From Octopus sinensis (lineage: Eukaryota): 64,000 nt of DNA. Position 1 is the stretch's first letter; each line of letters begins with the position of its first letter. The stretch covers positions 49,724,001 through 49,788,000 of the forward strand of contig NC_043010.1 in assembly GCF_006345805.1 (NCBI RefSeq), in the 5' to 3' direction. Below are positions 35,689 to 48,988 of this stretch, in pieces. The notes below the pieces were generated by a model. It had not been told where the DNA came from, did no database searches, and was given only the letters and a program-made list of their open reading frames with translations. A program made the position numbers and the translations under genes.

Positions 35689-38600
35689 CAATTACATAGG
35701 TACCTTAAACAGGTAGTGAAAGCATGGCACATGCTACAAGTCACACTTTTTAGTGGTAGCTGTGGATTTAAAAAAAAAAATTATGACGGATACAATTTTA
35801 TCATTTTAGCTATTTATAAAGATCAAGTTTGAGACCGAAAAGGCCATTGAGTTCACCAATGATCCTATTTTGAAAATTTGCTTCATGTCCTGGCAGTTAA
35901 TTCCAAATTTGGCCATATTGCTACATGAATGAAGATTTGATAGATATGTGCTTCCTACAAAGACTAGTTATAGAGTTTTAGTTAATAAATAATGTCGGGG
36001 AGTACTAAGATAATTGATCAATAAGAAGAAGGGGAGACTTTTATGGAAAATAAAATCTCAATCTCCAACAGTTGTTTTTGATGTTAGTGTCTCTGAATAT
36101 TTAGAAAGGAAAAAAAAAATAAACGAGCAGTATTTGTAATTTGATCTTGTTTCATCAGATTCACTGTCATTACCATCATTGTTTTAATGTCCACTTTTCC
36201 ATGCTTGCATGGGTTGGAAAGTATTTGCTGAGGCAGACTTTTCTATAGCTGGATGCTCTTCCTGCCACCAACCAACCTTCACCTGTCTCTGATTAGACAT
36301 ATTTTTGCAAAATATTGGAAATGAAGGCAGTTGTTTGACAGTGCACTCATTTACAACTATTATGTGATGTAAGGCAAGGTGACAGTAACACATACATGCG
36401 TGCGCATATCATCATTTGTTTACATGCTGGCATGGGTTGGATGATTTGATGGGAGCTGGTAAGGCCAGGGGCCACGCCAATCTCCATTGTCTGTTCTGGC
36501 ACAGTTTCTATGGCTAGATGCTCTTCCTAACACCAACCACCTCACAGGGTATATAGGCTGCTTTTCATGTGGAACCTCACCAGAGCCTTTTAAGTAGCAC
36601 CAATACCAGTATCAATTCTGCTGTGGCAGACAGATATCTTGAAGCTACGAGATAAAGCATGATTAATTCAAAATGATGTCAATAAATAAGCATTACATTT
36701 GACAGAGTAATCTGAATGCTAAAGGGTTAAAGGGTTTAGCGGAAACAAATTGACTCTAACTCATATTTTAACTGTGGCGCTTTTTCTATTAGTTCCTTTT
36801 TGCTGAACTGCTATGATATGGGATGTAAATTAACCAACAGCATTTTTCATCTGATAGGTGTGTAAACAGATGCATGCACACACACACACACACACGCGCG
36901 CGCGCACAAATACATAAATGAACATGGTAGGCTTCCTCATAGTTTCCATCTACCATATTCAATCACAAGGCATTGGTTGGCCTGGCACTATAATAGATTT
37001 TTCCAAGATGCTGTACAGTAAGACTGTAAAACAAATTTCTTAACCACACAGCCAAAATTTATCAAAATATTTATTAAATTAATATATGTCCAAAATTTAT
37101 CTTTGTATCTAACTTCCTTTTTCCATTGTAGTATTTTTCAGTCAGGGAAATTGTTTTGTTTATTTTTAATTAAAATAGCTATAACTTATATTTCTTAATT
37201 CATCTTCAATCATTGTTATAATTCTATAAGCTAAGGCTTTTTAACGCACACATGTAAATCTCGTCAACATTTTCTTCCCTAACACAGTTTTTGCCTTCTC
37301 CCGCTAAAATATGTTGAGATTGTATATGACATATAGTTTATTTTCAATGTTTTTTCCTTCACAACATTGTCTTTTTTTATTATTATTATTTTTATTATTT
37401 CTTATTTTATTTATTTATATTTTTTGTCTTATCTGCGTAATTCTTAACTTAGTTTGTCCTGGTTTAGCAATATATACATTTGTTTTGTCTATTAACTATT
37501 TAAAGTGCTATGTTTGTGAAGACTTAAGGTCATTTTTCTTCCTTTTTCTATGTATGCAATCACACAATGCTGCTAAGTCTGAAAAGAAAATATAACTTCC
37601 TGAAAGTCAGATACCGCCAGATGTAGCAAGGATTCACAAAACAAATGCAACGTGGGTCGCTTGCTAGAATAAGGAATTGTGTGTATGAAAGGGGTGTGTG
37701 TGTGTGTGTGTGTAAATAACACTAAGGGCCCTGAAAAAGAGCAAAGAGTAGTCCTTCAAAGAACTCTTCCTTATCAATTTTTGAGATTCCCATTTCCTGT
37801 CATGCTTCATTTTGACATTTTCATTATGAAAAACATCAAGGCCAGTCTCTTGGTTCCAACATTTATTTAGATTAAACTATTTCTCTCTCTCTCTTCTTTT
37901 TTACTTTTCAGTTTTTGCTTGTTTAAGTCATTGGACCATGACCATGCTGGAGCACTGCCTTGATGCATTTAGTAGAATAAATTGACCCCAGTATTTATTT
38001 TTAAGCTTGGTTTTTATTCTGTCAATCTCTTTTACTAAACCACTAAGTTATGGGCACAGATGTAAGCAAATCAACATTGGATGTCAAGTGGTGATAAGGG
38101 ATAAGCACAAGTGCAAACACACATGTGCATGTGCACTCACTCACAGATGTATGTATGCATCTTTGTAAATGACGGGCTTCTTTCAATGTTTGTCTACCAA
38201 ACCCATTCGCAAAGGTTTGGTTAACCCAAGGGCTATAGCAGAAGACACTTGTCAAAGGTGCTGTGCCAAGGCTCCATGCTTGGGAAGTAGTTTTCTTAAG
38301 TGCACAGCCACACCTGCAACTTTATGAGAAATGTTCAACAGGAGACTGGGAATAATTTTGCAGGTTAACTCATAACAGAAAGTATTGTTTTATCTCAAAT
38401 ATCTTCTGAAAATTCATGGATCCTTATGTAATCAGGAAAATCAGCTTTGAAAAGAAATAGGCTTATAAATGTGTAGGAGTACTTAAATATTTACTGGTGT
38501 AGTTCAGTTTCGTTAAGCAGCACCTTGGGTATTCTACTAAAGTCCTCGGCTTAGCAAAGGTTTGTGAATGGACTTCATAGGCAGAAAGTGGAAGAAGCCT

Positions 38601-38861
38601 GTCGCACACGAACATGTGCGTGCGTTGCTTTCTGCTTTCCTAGATGTCACATGATAGTGATAAACGAGTATCAACTGGCAAGTGGTGTCCATCATTTCGA
38701 ATCTTCTGTGAAAACATGTCTGGTCACAGAGAACAAAATTAGCAACAAGAAGGGAATCCAGCTCTAGAATATCTGCCTCATCAAATTCTGTCCGACCCAT
38801 TTGGACATGGAAAAGCAGACATTAAAACAATGTTGATGATGTGTGTGTGTTTATATGTATA

Positions 38862-38897
<36 letters not shown>

Positions 38898-39550
38898 TCA
38901 TCATCATTATCATCATCATCATTTAGCGTCCGTTCTCCATGCTAGCATGGGTTGGACGGTTCAACTGGGGTCTGTGAAGCTGGAAGGCTTCATCAGGCCC
39001 AGTCAGATCTGGCAGTGTTTCTACGGCTGGATGCCCTTCCTAACACCAAATATATATATATATATATATATGTTAATGTTTGTGCCCACCACCACCACTA
39101 CTTGACAACTGGTGTTGGTTTGTTTACACCCCAGAACTTCTCTGTACTCACAAGAATAATATAGTTCTGCAAGTTTAGGCATATACTTGGAAGAGCTGGT
39201 GTTTTTAAGATTAGCTATCCTTTCAGACCACAGAGTAGAAAAGAGTACCTGTTGTCCAACTTAGTTAATGAAGTAATAACTTAATGATATATTTATAGCA
39301 TTTTGATCCGATGGTGGCGAACCATAATCATTTAGCTACTATGGTACAGTTAAATTATATCCTGACACCAAATTAGACCATTTTGTCTAGACTCTTCTAT
39401 AAACATACTACACTAATTGCTCAAACATGAACCCATGAACTTTGAACCAGTAGTCTAGTTCTGTAGTGTTGTCAGTCATAGTAATTGTTGACAGTCATTG
39501 ATTTCAATTATTCATCAAAAACAAAGCCCTGAATTAAATGTCTAACAACG

Positions 39551-39980
39551 AGCACAAACATGGGTGTGTGGTAAGAAGTTTGCTTCTCAGCCACACAGTT
39601 CCAGGTTCAATCTCACTGCATAGTACCTTGGGCAAGTGTTTTCTACTATAACCTCAGTCAATCAAAGCCTTGTGAGTGAATTAAGTAGATAAAAACAGGA
39701 AGAAGCCGTCATGTGGCGTGTGCATATGTGCAATATGTGTGTGTTTGCGTGCATGTGTTTATACATATATATGTTTATATTTGTGTTTGTCCCCACCAAT
39801 ACTTGACAACTGATGTAGGTTTGTTTACATTCCCAGAACTTAGCAGTTTAACAAAAAGTGACAGATAGAATAAGTACCAGACTTTAAGAAATTGAATACT
39901 GAGGTGTAATTTGTTTGATCAGACTTTTCAAGGCAATGCTCCAGCATGGCAGCTGTCCAATGACTGAAACAAATAAAGAT
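39551..39980 (+). mobile_element. Diverged family A SINE
   Basis: Head, internal microsatellite and tail are all present, with CpG decay. Confidence 0.85.
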
Positions 39981-41631
39981 AACGATATCATAAATATTAC
40001 GAGCAAAGGCATTTCAAATCATCACCTAAGTTAGTTGTATGATGTAAACTCACTGCATTGCTGGTGAATTTTAAAATGTTATGTCTCTTCTGATAGATTT
40101 ACTTGCATGTTTACTAGAGATGAACTAATTAGTTATCACAAGAAAATCATTAAATATTTTGTCTTATATGTCCTTTCTTTATTAATTTTGTATATTTGTA
40201 GTCGTGTGTGTGTGTGCATACGCAGAGCAACTTGACTGTAGGACAAGAGGATGTATATGATTGCTTGCAATTACATAGGTTCCTATTTCTTTACTACCCA
40301 CAAGGGGCTAAACACAGAGAGGACAAACAAGAACAGACAAATGGATTAAGTCGATTATATCGACCCCAGTGCGTAACTGGTACTTATTTAATTGACCCCA
40401 AAAGGATGAAAGGCAAAGTCGACCTTGGCGGAATTTGAACTCAGAATTAGTAGGACACTTTAAATTAGTTTGGAATCAAAAGACAAACTTCATAAGAGGA
40501 ATTTCAAAATTTGAAACATTAAATTAAGAAAAATGCATTTGTTATGTTATATAAAAGGTGGCAAACTAGCAGAATCATTTAACACTTCAAATAAAATGCT
40601 TAGCAACATTTCTTCCAGCTCTTTATATTTTGAGTTCAGATCCTGCCAAGGTCAACCTTGTCTTTCATCTCATTGGTGGGGTGAAGGAGGGGAAGGTCAA
40701 TAGAATATAGTGCCAGTCAAGTACTGTGGTTGGTGTAATTAACCAACTTTCTCCCATCAAAATTCCTCGCCTTCAACTCTGCAACAGACTTGTATCCTGT
40801 TGATAGGAAATATTTTGATCTCGATCACCTGTATGCCATGGAAACCGGGTAACCAGTCTTTTGTGTCCTAGGCCTCAAGAATGTGCGTGCATATACATAC
40901 ATATGTGTGTGTGTGTGTGTATCTAAATATTGAACAATGAGAATTAGTGCTCAACACTGCATGGGTGGATAAAGATTCTTTATTTGTGTATTAAGGCTAC
41001 TATTGGTTTCATGTTAGGGAAACCCTCAACGGTGCCCCAGCATGGCCACAGCTCATGAGCTGAAACTAGAATCAATCAATCAATCAATTAGCAAACCTTT
41101 CACATGGAACATTGGTGTTTGTCTCCATTTTGACTTTCTGTGTTTTAATCCCAAATTGAGATGGACAAATGTTCCAGGAGACAGGCTTGATAATTGTTAA
41201 AGGCTTCCTGAACTTGAAACCAATGGTAGCCTTAATACACAAATATATATATATGTATGTGTGTGTGTATACACATACATCTGTAACTTTGATTTGATAT
41301 GTTATATAAAATGGAATTATGACTTTCTCTTCACATTGAGATTTAGTGCATTTGTTTAAAGACTAATGCTTGTGTATGTTTGTATGAGACAGGTGTGTAA
41401 AGATTTTTTTTCTTAATACTTATGAAAAGAAAAAGATGCTATTTGTAGTTTGACAAGTCACTGTTTTTAGAAATGGATATTTCTTTCAATACCTTGATGA
41501 AAATCTATAGACATCTAAACAAAGGCCTGGCCAACACTATTTAATTTGTATTTACTTTTAATGATGAGTAAACGAGGTAGGCTGAATGGTAAATATGTAT
41601 TTTAGAATTTCTTTAAAACAGTGTTTTACAG

Positions 41632-41711
41632 GTAGACTGGACTCCCATTTGCTTTATATTTCTCCACAATATTGTTGTACAAAGTCTGAGATACATATCT
41701 ATTACAATGCT
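41632..41711 (+). other. Candidate 80-nt exon
   Basis: TTTTACAG|G acceptor and GCT|GTAAGT donor. Two frames are open, and neither peptide is recognised. Confidence 0.4.
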
Positions 41712-42234
41712 GTAAGTATTATGTACTCAAGGTACATAATAAATATTAACCCACCCTTTGCAAATTTAGAATTAATTAATTACATTACAAAAATGAACAA
41801 ACTTACCATCATCAGGTACACAAACTATTTTTAGTCTTTCTTTTTCATGGCTTAGTCAGATGAGGTGGGACATATTTGTGACTTTCTTCTGGACTAGTCT
41901 ATAAAGTTTTACTAATGAAATGTCAAATCTGTTATATATATATGGAAAATAGGGATGAAAACAACCAATCTTTCACTGCCTCTACTGTTAAATACCCAAT
42001 ATATAAAAGATTACACTGAGGAGTTTCTTGCACACAAACAATAGCTTTTCATAATTTTGTTACGGGTTAGAATCAAAACAATCGTATGTAATTTATATTT
42101 AATATTTGTTATTTATCATATTATGTTATATTATTATAAGAATATGATATATTAAAGTATTGTACTGATAAATTTTTGAATTGGCAATTGTTATATATCT
42201 CCATTTTCTATTCATACACACACACATATATATA

Positions 42235-42463
42235 CAGGGTTAACTAAAGTCTTCCGACAGTATTTATGGAATTTTGGTTTACTATCTGTAATTCTGTATT
42301 GACTTGGATGGAAAAATGTGTCGCTCAAGAACTTCAGTTTGAACAATTTTCATGATGTTTCATATTTAGATGCTTTTATTATATTCATACAGTTATTAAA
42401 CATAAATAAATCTTGGAATTAAATGGTTTTGATTTATTGTCAGGTGACTTTTGGCCAACCCTG
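42235..42463. mobile_element. Tc1/mariner-type MITE
   Basis: TA|CAGGGTTAACTAAAGTC...GACTTTTGGCCAACCCTG|TA, with imperfect TIRs and a TA TSD. Confidence 0.8.
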
Positions 42464-44421
42464 TATATATGTATATATATATAAAACATTTTCATCATGC
42501 TAAACTGTTAATCCCTACTCAATTTTTTGTCTTTTTTTTCCCTTTCAATCCTTTCTGTCCCAGAACATAGGCTCAAAATGTCAAAGACCTTTCCACTCTT
42601 CCCAAGTGTCAAGCTTAAACTTGTTTCTTGTTCCTCCACCTGTCTTCATCTTTTGATACTTTTAAGCGAGTTGGTTTTAAACACTTGATTTGCTTGTAGA
42701 AATCATTTTGTTTGTTTTTAGATTTTAAATTGAAATCATGTGGATAATCTCCACTACTGAAGTTTTTTCAACTCAGAATAGTTTATGTGTGACGCCGTAT
42801 CATATTTCGTGTGTGCATGTTTACTTTAATTTGGCTGATTTAAAAATATAGTTATGTTGGATATTGCTGATTTTATGAAATCATATGCTGTTTGTGATTT
42901 GAAAAAAGAATATACACTTGAATAGCAAAAATTTGTTTTAATTATTGAATTTTAGTTTTGAGAAGGTTTAACAAGAATTTTTTTTTTTGTGAATTCTAAA
43001 AAGAAAAAACAGGCGAGTTAATAGATGCAAGACTGAGTTAATTTAAATCAATTGTTTTGTAAATAGATTGCGCTCTAATCAAACTAACTTACAATCAAAA
43101 GACATTCCAAGCATGACCATCTTCTTAATTTTTTTCCTAGCCACACTCTCTATCTTTATATCATTTGATGTGCACTTCTTTATATTTTAAGATGGTTGGG
43201 TGTGATTTGAGTGAGATTTGACTACTGCTTCTAGCAAAACAAGTAACTCTGGAGATTGAAAAAAGAAATTTGTTATATATTCTACACTGTAAGGAGAGGA
43301 GACTAAAGATATATATGCAATTTTATCAATTGTTGAAGTACTGTAGTATGATTCAGTGTTGATATATATCTTGCTGCACTTCGCCTTTGATAAAAAACAA
43401 TGGTGACATTCACATCTATTTAATTAGGTACTGTGAGGTGGGTTCCAAAATCTCACTACTGTATGAAAAAAAAAAAAAGTGCTTTGTTATCTTGCAACAC
43501 TGGACTGGATTATTACTGTTATATTTGAGATATATAAGGCAGTGAGCTAGCAGAATCATTAGCACGCTGGACGAAATATTTCATCTGCCACTACGTTCTG
43601 GGGTCGATACATTAAGTACCAGTTACGCACTGGGGTCAGTGTAATCGACTTAATCTCTTTGTCTGTCCTTGTTTGTCCCTTCTATGTTTAGCCTCTTGTG
43701 GGCAATAAAGAAATAAGAATCGTTGGCATGCCAGGATAGCTCCACAGCATTTACGTTCTGAGTTCAAGCTCTGCCAAGGTTGATTTTACCTTTCATCCTT
43801 TTGGGGTTGATAAAATAAGTACCAGTTGAATACTGGGAGCAATGTAATTGACTTATCCCCTACCTCAAAATTCTTGACCTTGTGCCAAAATTTGAAATCA
43901 TTCTTTGAGCTACATAATATTGTATAGCTCAAACAATTATTTTCAAAAATTATGGTAAATTAATATAGATCTCCATGTTGGTACATATAATATATTCAGT
44001 AAATTTGTTTACAATTATATTTCCATTATATATAATTTAAACCTTTCATTACCATATTCCTGTTGAAATACACTACTTTTGTTTCAATTCATTTTGAAAT
44101 TAATGAAGAATTTAGTAAAATAACTTTGTCATTGTTAAACTAGTGTTTGGAACATAATTCATTGTGGAATTTTAATGGAAGGTTTTAATGTGGGTTACTC
44201 TAAAACAGGAAGTTAGTATTATAGAACTAGGCAGAAGCAGTCTGAGGTGTGTTGGTTTTAAGAGAGAGCCCGATGAGAAAACAAATAGAAGAAAACCCAA
44301 CATGCTGCATAGTGTAACTTCGCCACCTGGCCCTTGGTTCTGTTCATTCTGTTGAAAGCTCTTAGACCAGACCCCTATTCCCTCCACACTCTATATTTTT
44401 CCTGTATATATTTATTTGCAG

Positions 44422-44463
44422 ATGTTCAAGCTGGTATCAGCTGCATTAATTTCACCAGTCTGG
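44422..44463 (+). other. Candidate 42-nt exon
   Basis: TTTATTTGCAG acceptor and TGG|GTGGGT donor. The length is a multiple of 3 (MFKLVSAALISPVW or DVQAGISCINFTSL). Confidence 0.3.
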
Positions 44464-44996
44464 GTGGGTCTGCACACTTCATGAACATTACACCTCATCA
44501 ACATCTAACTTATATAAAAAAAAAAAAAAGATTTGAGTTTGTATTTTTATCATGTTTTGATTTCTTTTTTTTTTTATATGGCTTGCATTTAAAGTATTAA
44601 ACCCTTTTTTTCAGTTACTGTAATTAATGTATTAGTATAACCTTGTTTTCTTTTTTCACTAACTGTGTTATTTATAATTTATTTTTTTGGAACAGTGGAT
44701 CTCAAAGCAAATAAACCTATAAATAAAAGTGTGTAAATATTAGACAAAAAATAACCCCTTTGGATAGAAAAAAAAAGATGCCCATGTGACTTGAACCCAC
44801 ATCTTCTATAAACACGACAGGCATTTTATCACGGGATCAAAGCAATCCTTTGAATTTCTCTAAACATTTTAGAAACTTTATTCTTCCCAGGGAGGATTGC
44901 CTGTTGTTTGTCGTATTTATAGTTTCTGTGAATGATAAATGCTGTATTCATGAATAATTGTGGTTTTGATGGAATTTCTGTTTGTTTGTTTTGTAG

Positions 44997-45081
44997 ACTT
45001 TGGCTGTCACAGATGATACTGTACTTGAAGCACATAATGAAGATCCGGCCCTTATACAGATGCGTTTGATTGATGATGGAG
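44997..45081 (+). CDS. Probable internal coding exon (85 nt, phase 0 in, phase 1 out) of an unidentified protein: TLAVTDDTVLEAHNEDPALIQMRLIDDG
   Basis: Long pyrimidine tract TTTCTGTTTGTTTGTTTTGTAG and donor GAG|GTAAAC. Only one of three frames is open, with acidic, protein-like composition and raised GC. Confidence 0.7.
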
Positions 45082-45870
45082 GTAAACTAAATTGTTTTGG
45101 GGTTTTTTATTTGTCTTTTTAAATGTTCCAATCTCTCTCTCTCTCTCTGATGTTGAACTATTTAACATTGATACATAGATAATTTGAATTTACTTTTTAC
45201 AGCTCTGTAAAATAGACAAATTGCAATTACAGCACTTAATACAGTTACAATACTCAATTAAATTCACATTTCTCCCATCCTGGTTAAGCTATTTGCAGGA
45301 GAAAAATCTTCATGTTTGAGTACAATGGATGTCTAACTATAAAAATAAAATGAGTATCATCATCATCATTTAATGACCATTCTTCATGCTGGCATCAGTT
45401 GGATGGTTCAACAGGAGCTGGCAAGCCAGATGGCTGCACCAGGCACCAGTCATCTGTTTTGGCATGGTTCCTATGGGTGGATGCCCTTCCTAACACCAAC
45501 CTCTTTATAGAGTGCACTGGGTGACTTTTACAGGGCACTGGTATGGGTGCTTCTACCATGGTGTTAGCATGGCACTGGCATGGGTGCTTTTGATGTGGTG
45601 ACAATGGAAATGCATCCCTTGTCTATGAGCTGCAAAAAAATATTGGCCAAATGTCATCTTAGCATTTTAGGAGGAAAAAAAGAAAGATGTTAGATGATGT
45701 AGTTCTGAGTCCTCCATAGCTAATGCATATGAACAACAATAGCAGCTATTCAAATATGACAAGTATAGGCACAAAATGTCTGTAGTTCAGTTTGCTTCTC
45801 AACCACCTGGTCGTGTGGCACCTTAGGCAAGTATCTTCTACGGTGGTCCCAAGTTGATCAGCACCATTGT

Positions 45871-46238
45871 ATGGCTGTGTGGTAAGTAGCTTTCTTACAA
45901 ATCACATGGTTCCGGGTCCAGTCCCACTGCATGGCACCTTGGGCAAGTGTCTTCTACCATAGCCTCGGGCTGACCAAAGCCTTGTGAGTGGATTTGGTAG
46001 ACGGAAACTGAAATAAGCCCATCGTATATATGTATGTGTATCTGTGTTTGTCCCCCCCCCCAGCATCACTTGACAACCGATGCTGGTGTGTTTACATCCC
46101 TGTAACTTAGCGGTTCAGCAAAAGAGACCGATAGAATAAGTACTAGGCTTACAAAGAATAAGTCCTGGGGTTGATTTGCTCAAGTAAAGGTGGTGCTCCA
46201 GCATGGCCACAGTCAAATGACTAAAACAAGTAAAAGAG
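45871..46238 (+). mobile_element. Family A SINE
   Basis: Standard head, core and tail, preceded by a second decayed head at about 45770-45840. Confidence 0.9.
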
Positions 46239-48914
46239 CAAAAAAGAGAGAGTATATATATGTGTGTGTGTGTGTGTGTATTTCTTTGTCTTGACATTGT
46301 TGTAAATTAGTGTCACTGTCATACAAGCATTTAAATTCATTTCCAAAATTTTTTGTGAGAACATAAAGCAGCAAGCTGGCAGAATCGTTAGCACATCAGG
46401 CAAAATGCTTAACTGCATCTTGTCCATTCTAATGCTACCAGGATTGACTTTGCCTTTCATCCCTTCAGGGTCAATAAAATAAATACCAGTTGAGTATAGG
46501 AGTTGATGTAATCAACTTACCCCATCCACCAAACTTGCTGGCTTTGTGCTAAAATTTGAAACAAATGCTTTGTGAGAACATGCCTAACCATGGGGAAATA
46601 TTACCTCGTTTGAAAACAGGTGAAAGTAGGGCATCCAGCCATAGGATATTTGCTTCAATAAACTCTATCTGACTTATTCAAGCATGGAAAAGTGAATAAT
46701 AAACAATGATGGCAATGATAAAATGGTATTTCTTTGACAGTGATGCTGGTAATTTTGCTGGATGCTACAGGATTGAGATCAAACTAGGCCATTTGTGGTT
46801 TATTGCGCTATCATTTCATCAGTGACATAATCTTTGGATTTTTTTTTTTCCCTTCTTTCCAACATTCTTTATTATAACAGCAGTTAATTCACTCCAGTCC
46901 AGGCGTTTTAATAGCAGCTATTTGTATTCATAGGAAAAAAAATGTTTCTTTCAAAAATATGAGAAAAATAAGTTTTAAGGAAACAAAATCCTTTTAACTT
47001 TGTTGAATTTTTTTCTTTCTTGTGTACCACTTACTACATTACATTTGAGCACATTTGCAATTTTGGTGACTATTGTTACTTTGCTGATGACTTTTGCACA
47101 GCAGATCTGAGAGTGTTTGGTAGAAATAAAGGAATAATTTTGCAAAAATGAAAGCACTTTATTTGGTTGAAATTAGATACATGACATTGGTTTAGCCTCA
47201 CAAAATATAATTTAGTCAATGTTATTCTTTTACTCAATTTACTACATCTAAATTGTTAAGTGTATGAAGAAAACTCACTTGAAAGAAAATCTTTTTTTTT
47301 TTTTTTTATATTTGCAACGAATCTCTGTCAATATTAACTGCATAATTAAGATAACACTTCATTAAAAGTTGTTGCTGAATTTTGATTCTTTGGATATTTG
47401 CTAATTAGTTCCTCTGTTGTAAGCATTTGGGTCAGGTCGCTGGTTTGAGGATAGCTCCTGCCTTTCCACCAATTTTGATGGTCCTGCAAAAGAATCACGG
47501 GCACTGCTTTTCTTCTTGATGAAAAGATAGAAAAAGTTCATTTATTATTGTCTTTTCTTTTCATTATGTCTTTATTTCATTTTTTATCATTATTATTATT
47601 ATTATTATTGACTAGCTGGCAGAATTGTATGCATGGCAGGCAAAATGTTTAGTGGCATTTTGTCTGTCTTTACATTCTAAATTCAAGTGCCGCCGCAGGT
47701 TGACTTTGCCCTTCATCCCTTTTGGGGTTGATAAATAAGTACCAGTAGAGCAATCGGGTTAATGTAATCAACTTACACCCTCCCCTGAAATTTCTGGCTT
47801 TGTCCTCAAATTTGAAACGATTATTATTATCACCACCACCATGAACTATAAGCTAAAATCTATTTATCAGTGCATTCATCAGTATCAGTGAATTGTATTC
47901 TCTCTCAGAACAGTCAGACATTCAGAGCAGAAGGAATGTTATCCAAGATTATGTGTACTAGTAAGGAAACAAGATTTTCTGCATTCACTTGATGCAGTTT
48001 TTTTAAATATACAATTATTGCCTGTTTGTTTCCTCTAACATATATTATTTACTTAACAATGATCTCCAAGAAACTGAGATAATTATAGTAGCACTTGTTT
48101 TTGTGCTTATATATTTTTAAAATATATTCTGTACTTCTTTTTCTACTTTTCCTCTTATTTTCATAATGTTGCTAAGTATCTCTACATTCATTCATCTTTT
48201 CTGCCCACTATTCTTGGGAGTTGTTGTGAGAGTAGAGTCGTCTAGCATCTCCGTAGGATCCTATCAGAAGCAACCACATCTCCTGCTGGATTCTCAAGCA
48301 CAGCCAACTGTGACTACAGATATTATATAACCATCTTGATCTTGATGTACCCCTAGGTCTCCTGCTGCTTGGCTCAGCATGAAGAATTCATCTTGCAATT
48401 CTTTCCTGTGATTATACAAGTTAATATTATGAGAGCTGTGACCTCATTGGATACTGTTCAACAGGTACACTTGTCCACCTGTTGTCTCTGTGCCTTGTGA
48501 TATTTCTGGCCTAGCAGAACTTGTGGTTTTGGTTTTCAATCAACATAATTTAATATCTGTAATAAATCATATTAAAATAGCTGTTGCAAAGCATTCCGGA
48601 AAATCTAACTAGCTTGACATTCAAATTCCATGCAGCAAGCCAATGAGGAAGCTTCTATGCTAGAAATAGCAATCAGATTTTCCTTAAACCAAACCTTGTC
48701 TTAAACAAGCATACATTAAACAATATAGTCCTGGTATATGAAAAGATGGACTGGTCGCAAATTGAACACCTTTGATTGATAAGTCTAATCAATGAGGCCT
48801 GATCTGACAATAGTAACAGCCATCAAATTAGTTTTTGTAAATGTTTCATTAGTAATGTTGCATTTCTGATCCTCTTGCCTTGTTGGACAAGTCTGATGTA
48901 AGCGTATGAGGTAT

Positions 48915-48988
48915 GTAGTGGTGGTAGTAGTAGTGATGGTGGTGGTGGTAGTAGTAGTAGTAGTGGTGGTGGTGGTGGTAGTAGTAGT
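48915..48988. repeat. (GTA)/(GTG) trinucleotide repeat
   Basis: Direct inspection. It explains the poly-V and poly-T ORFs. Confidence 0.97.

Noticed and set aside
47424-47530. GC-richer stretch with two open frames (AFGSGRWFEDSS...)
   Set aside because: The acceptor is poor, there is no donor, and the peptide is unrecognised.
48357-48464. 108-nt AG...GT-bounded open frame
   Set aside because: The pyrimidine tract and donor are weak. It may be an old retroelement remnant.
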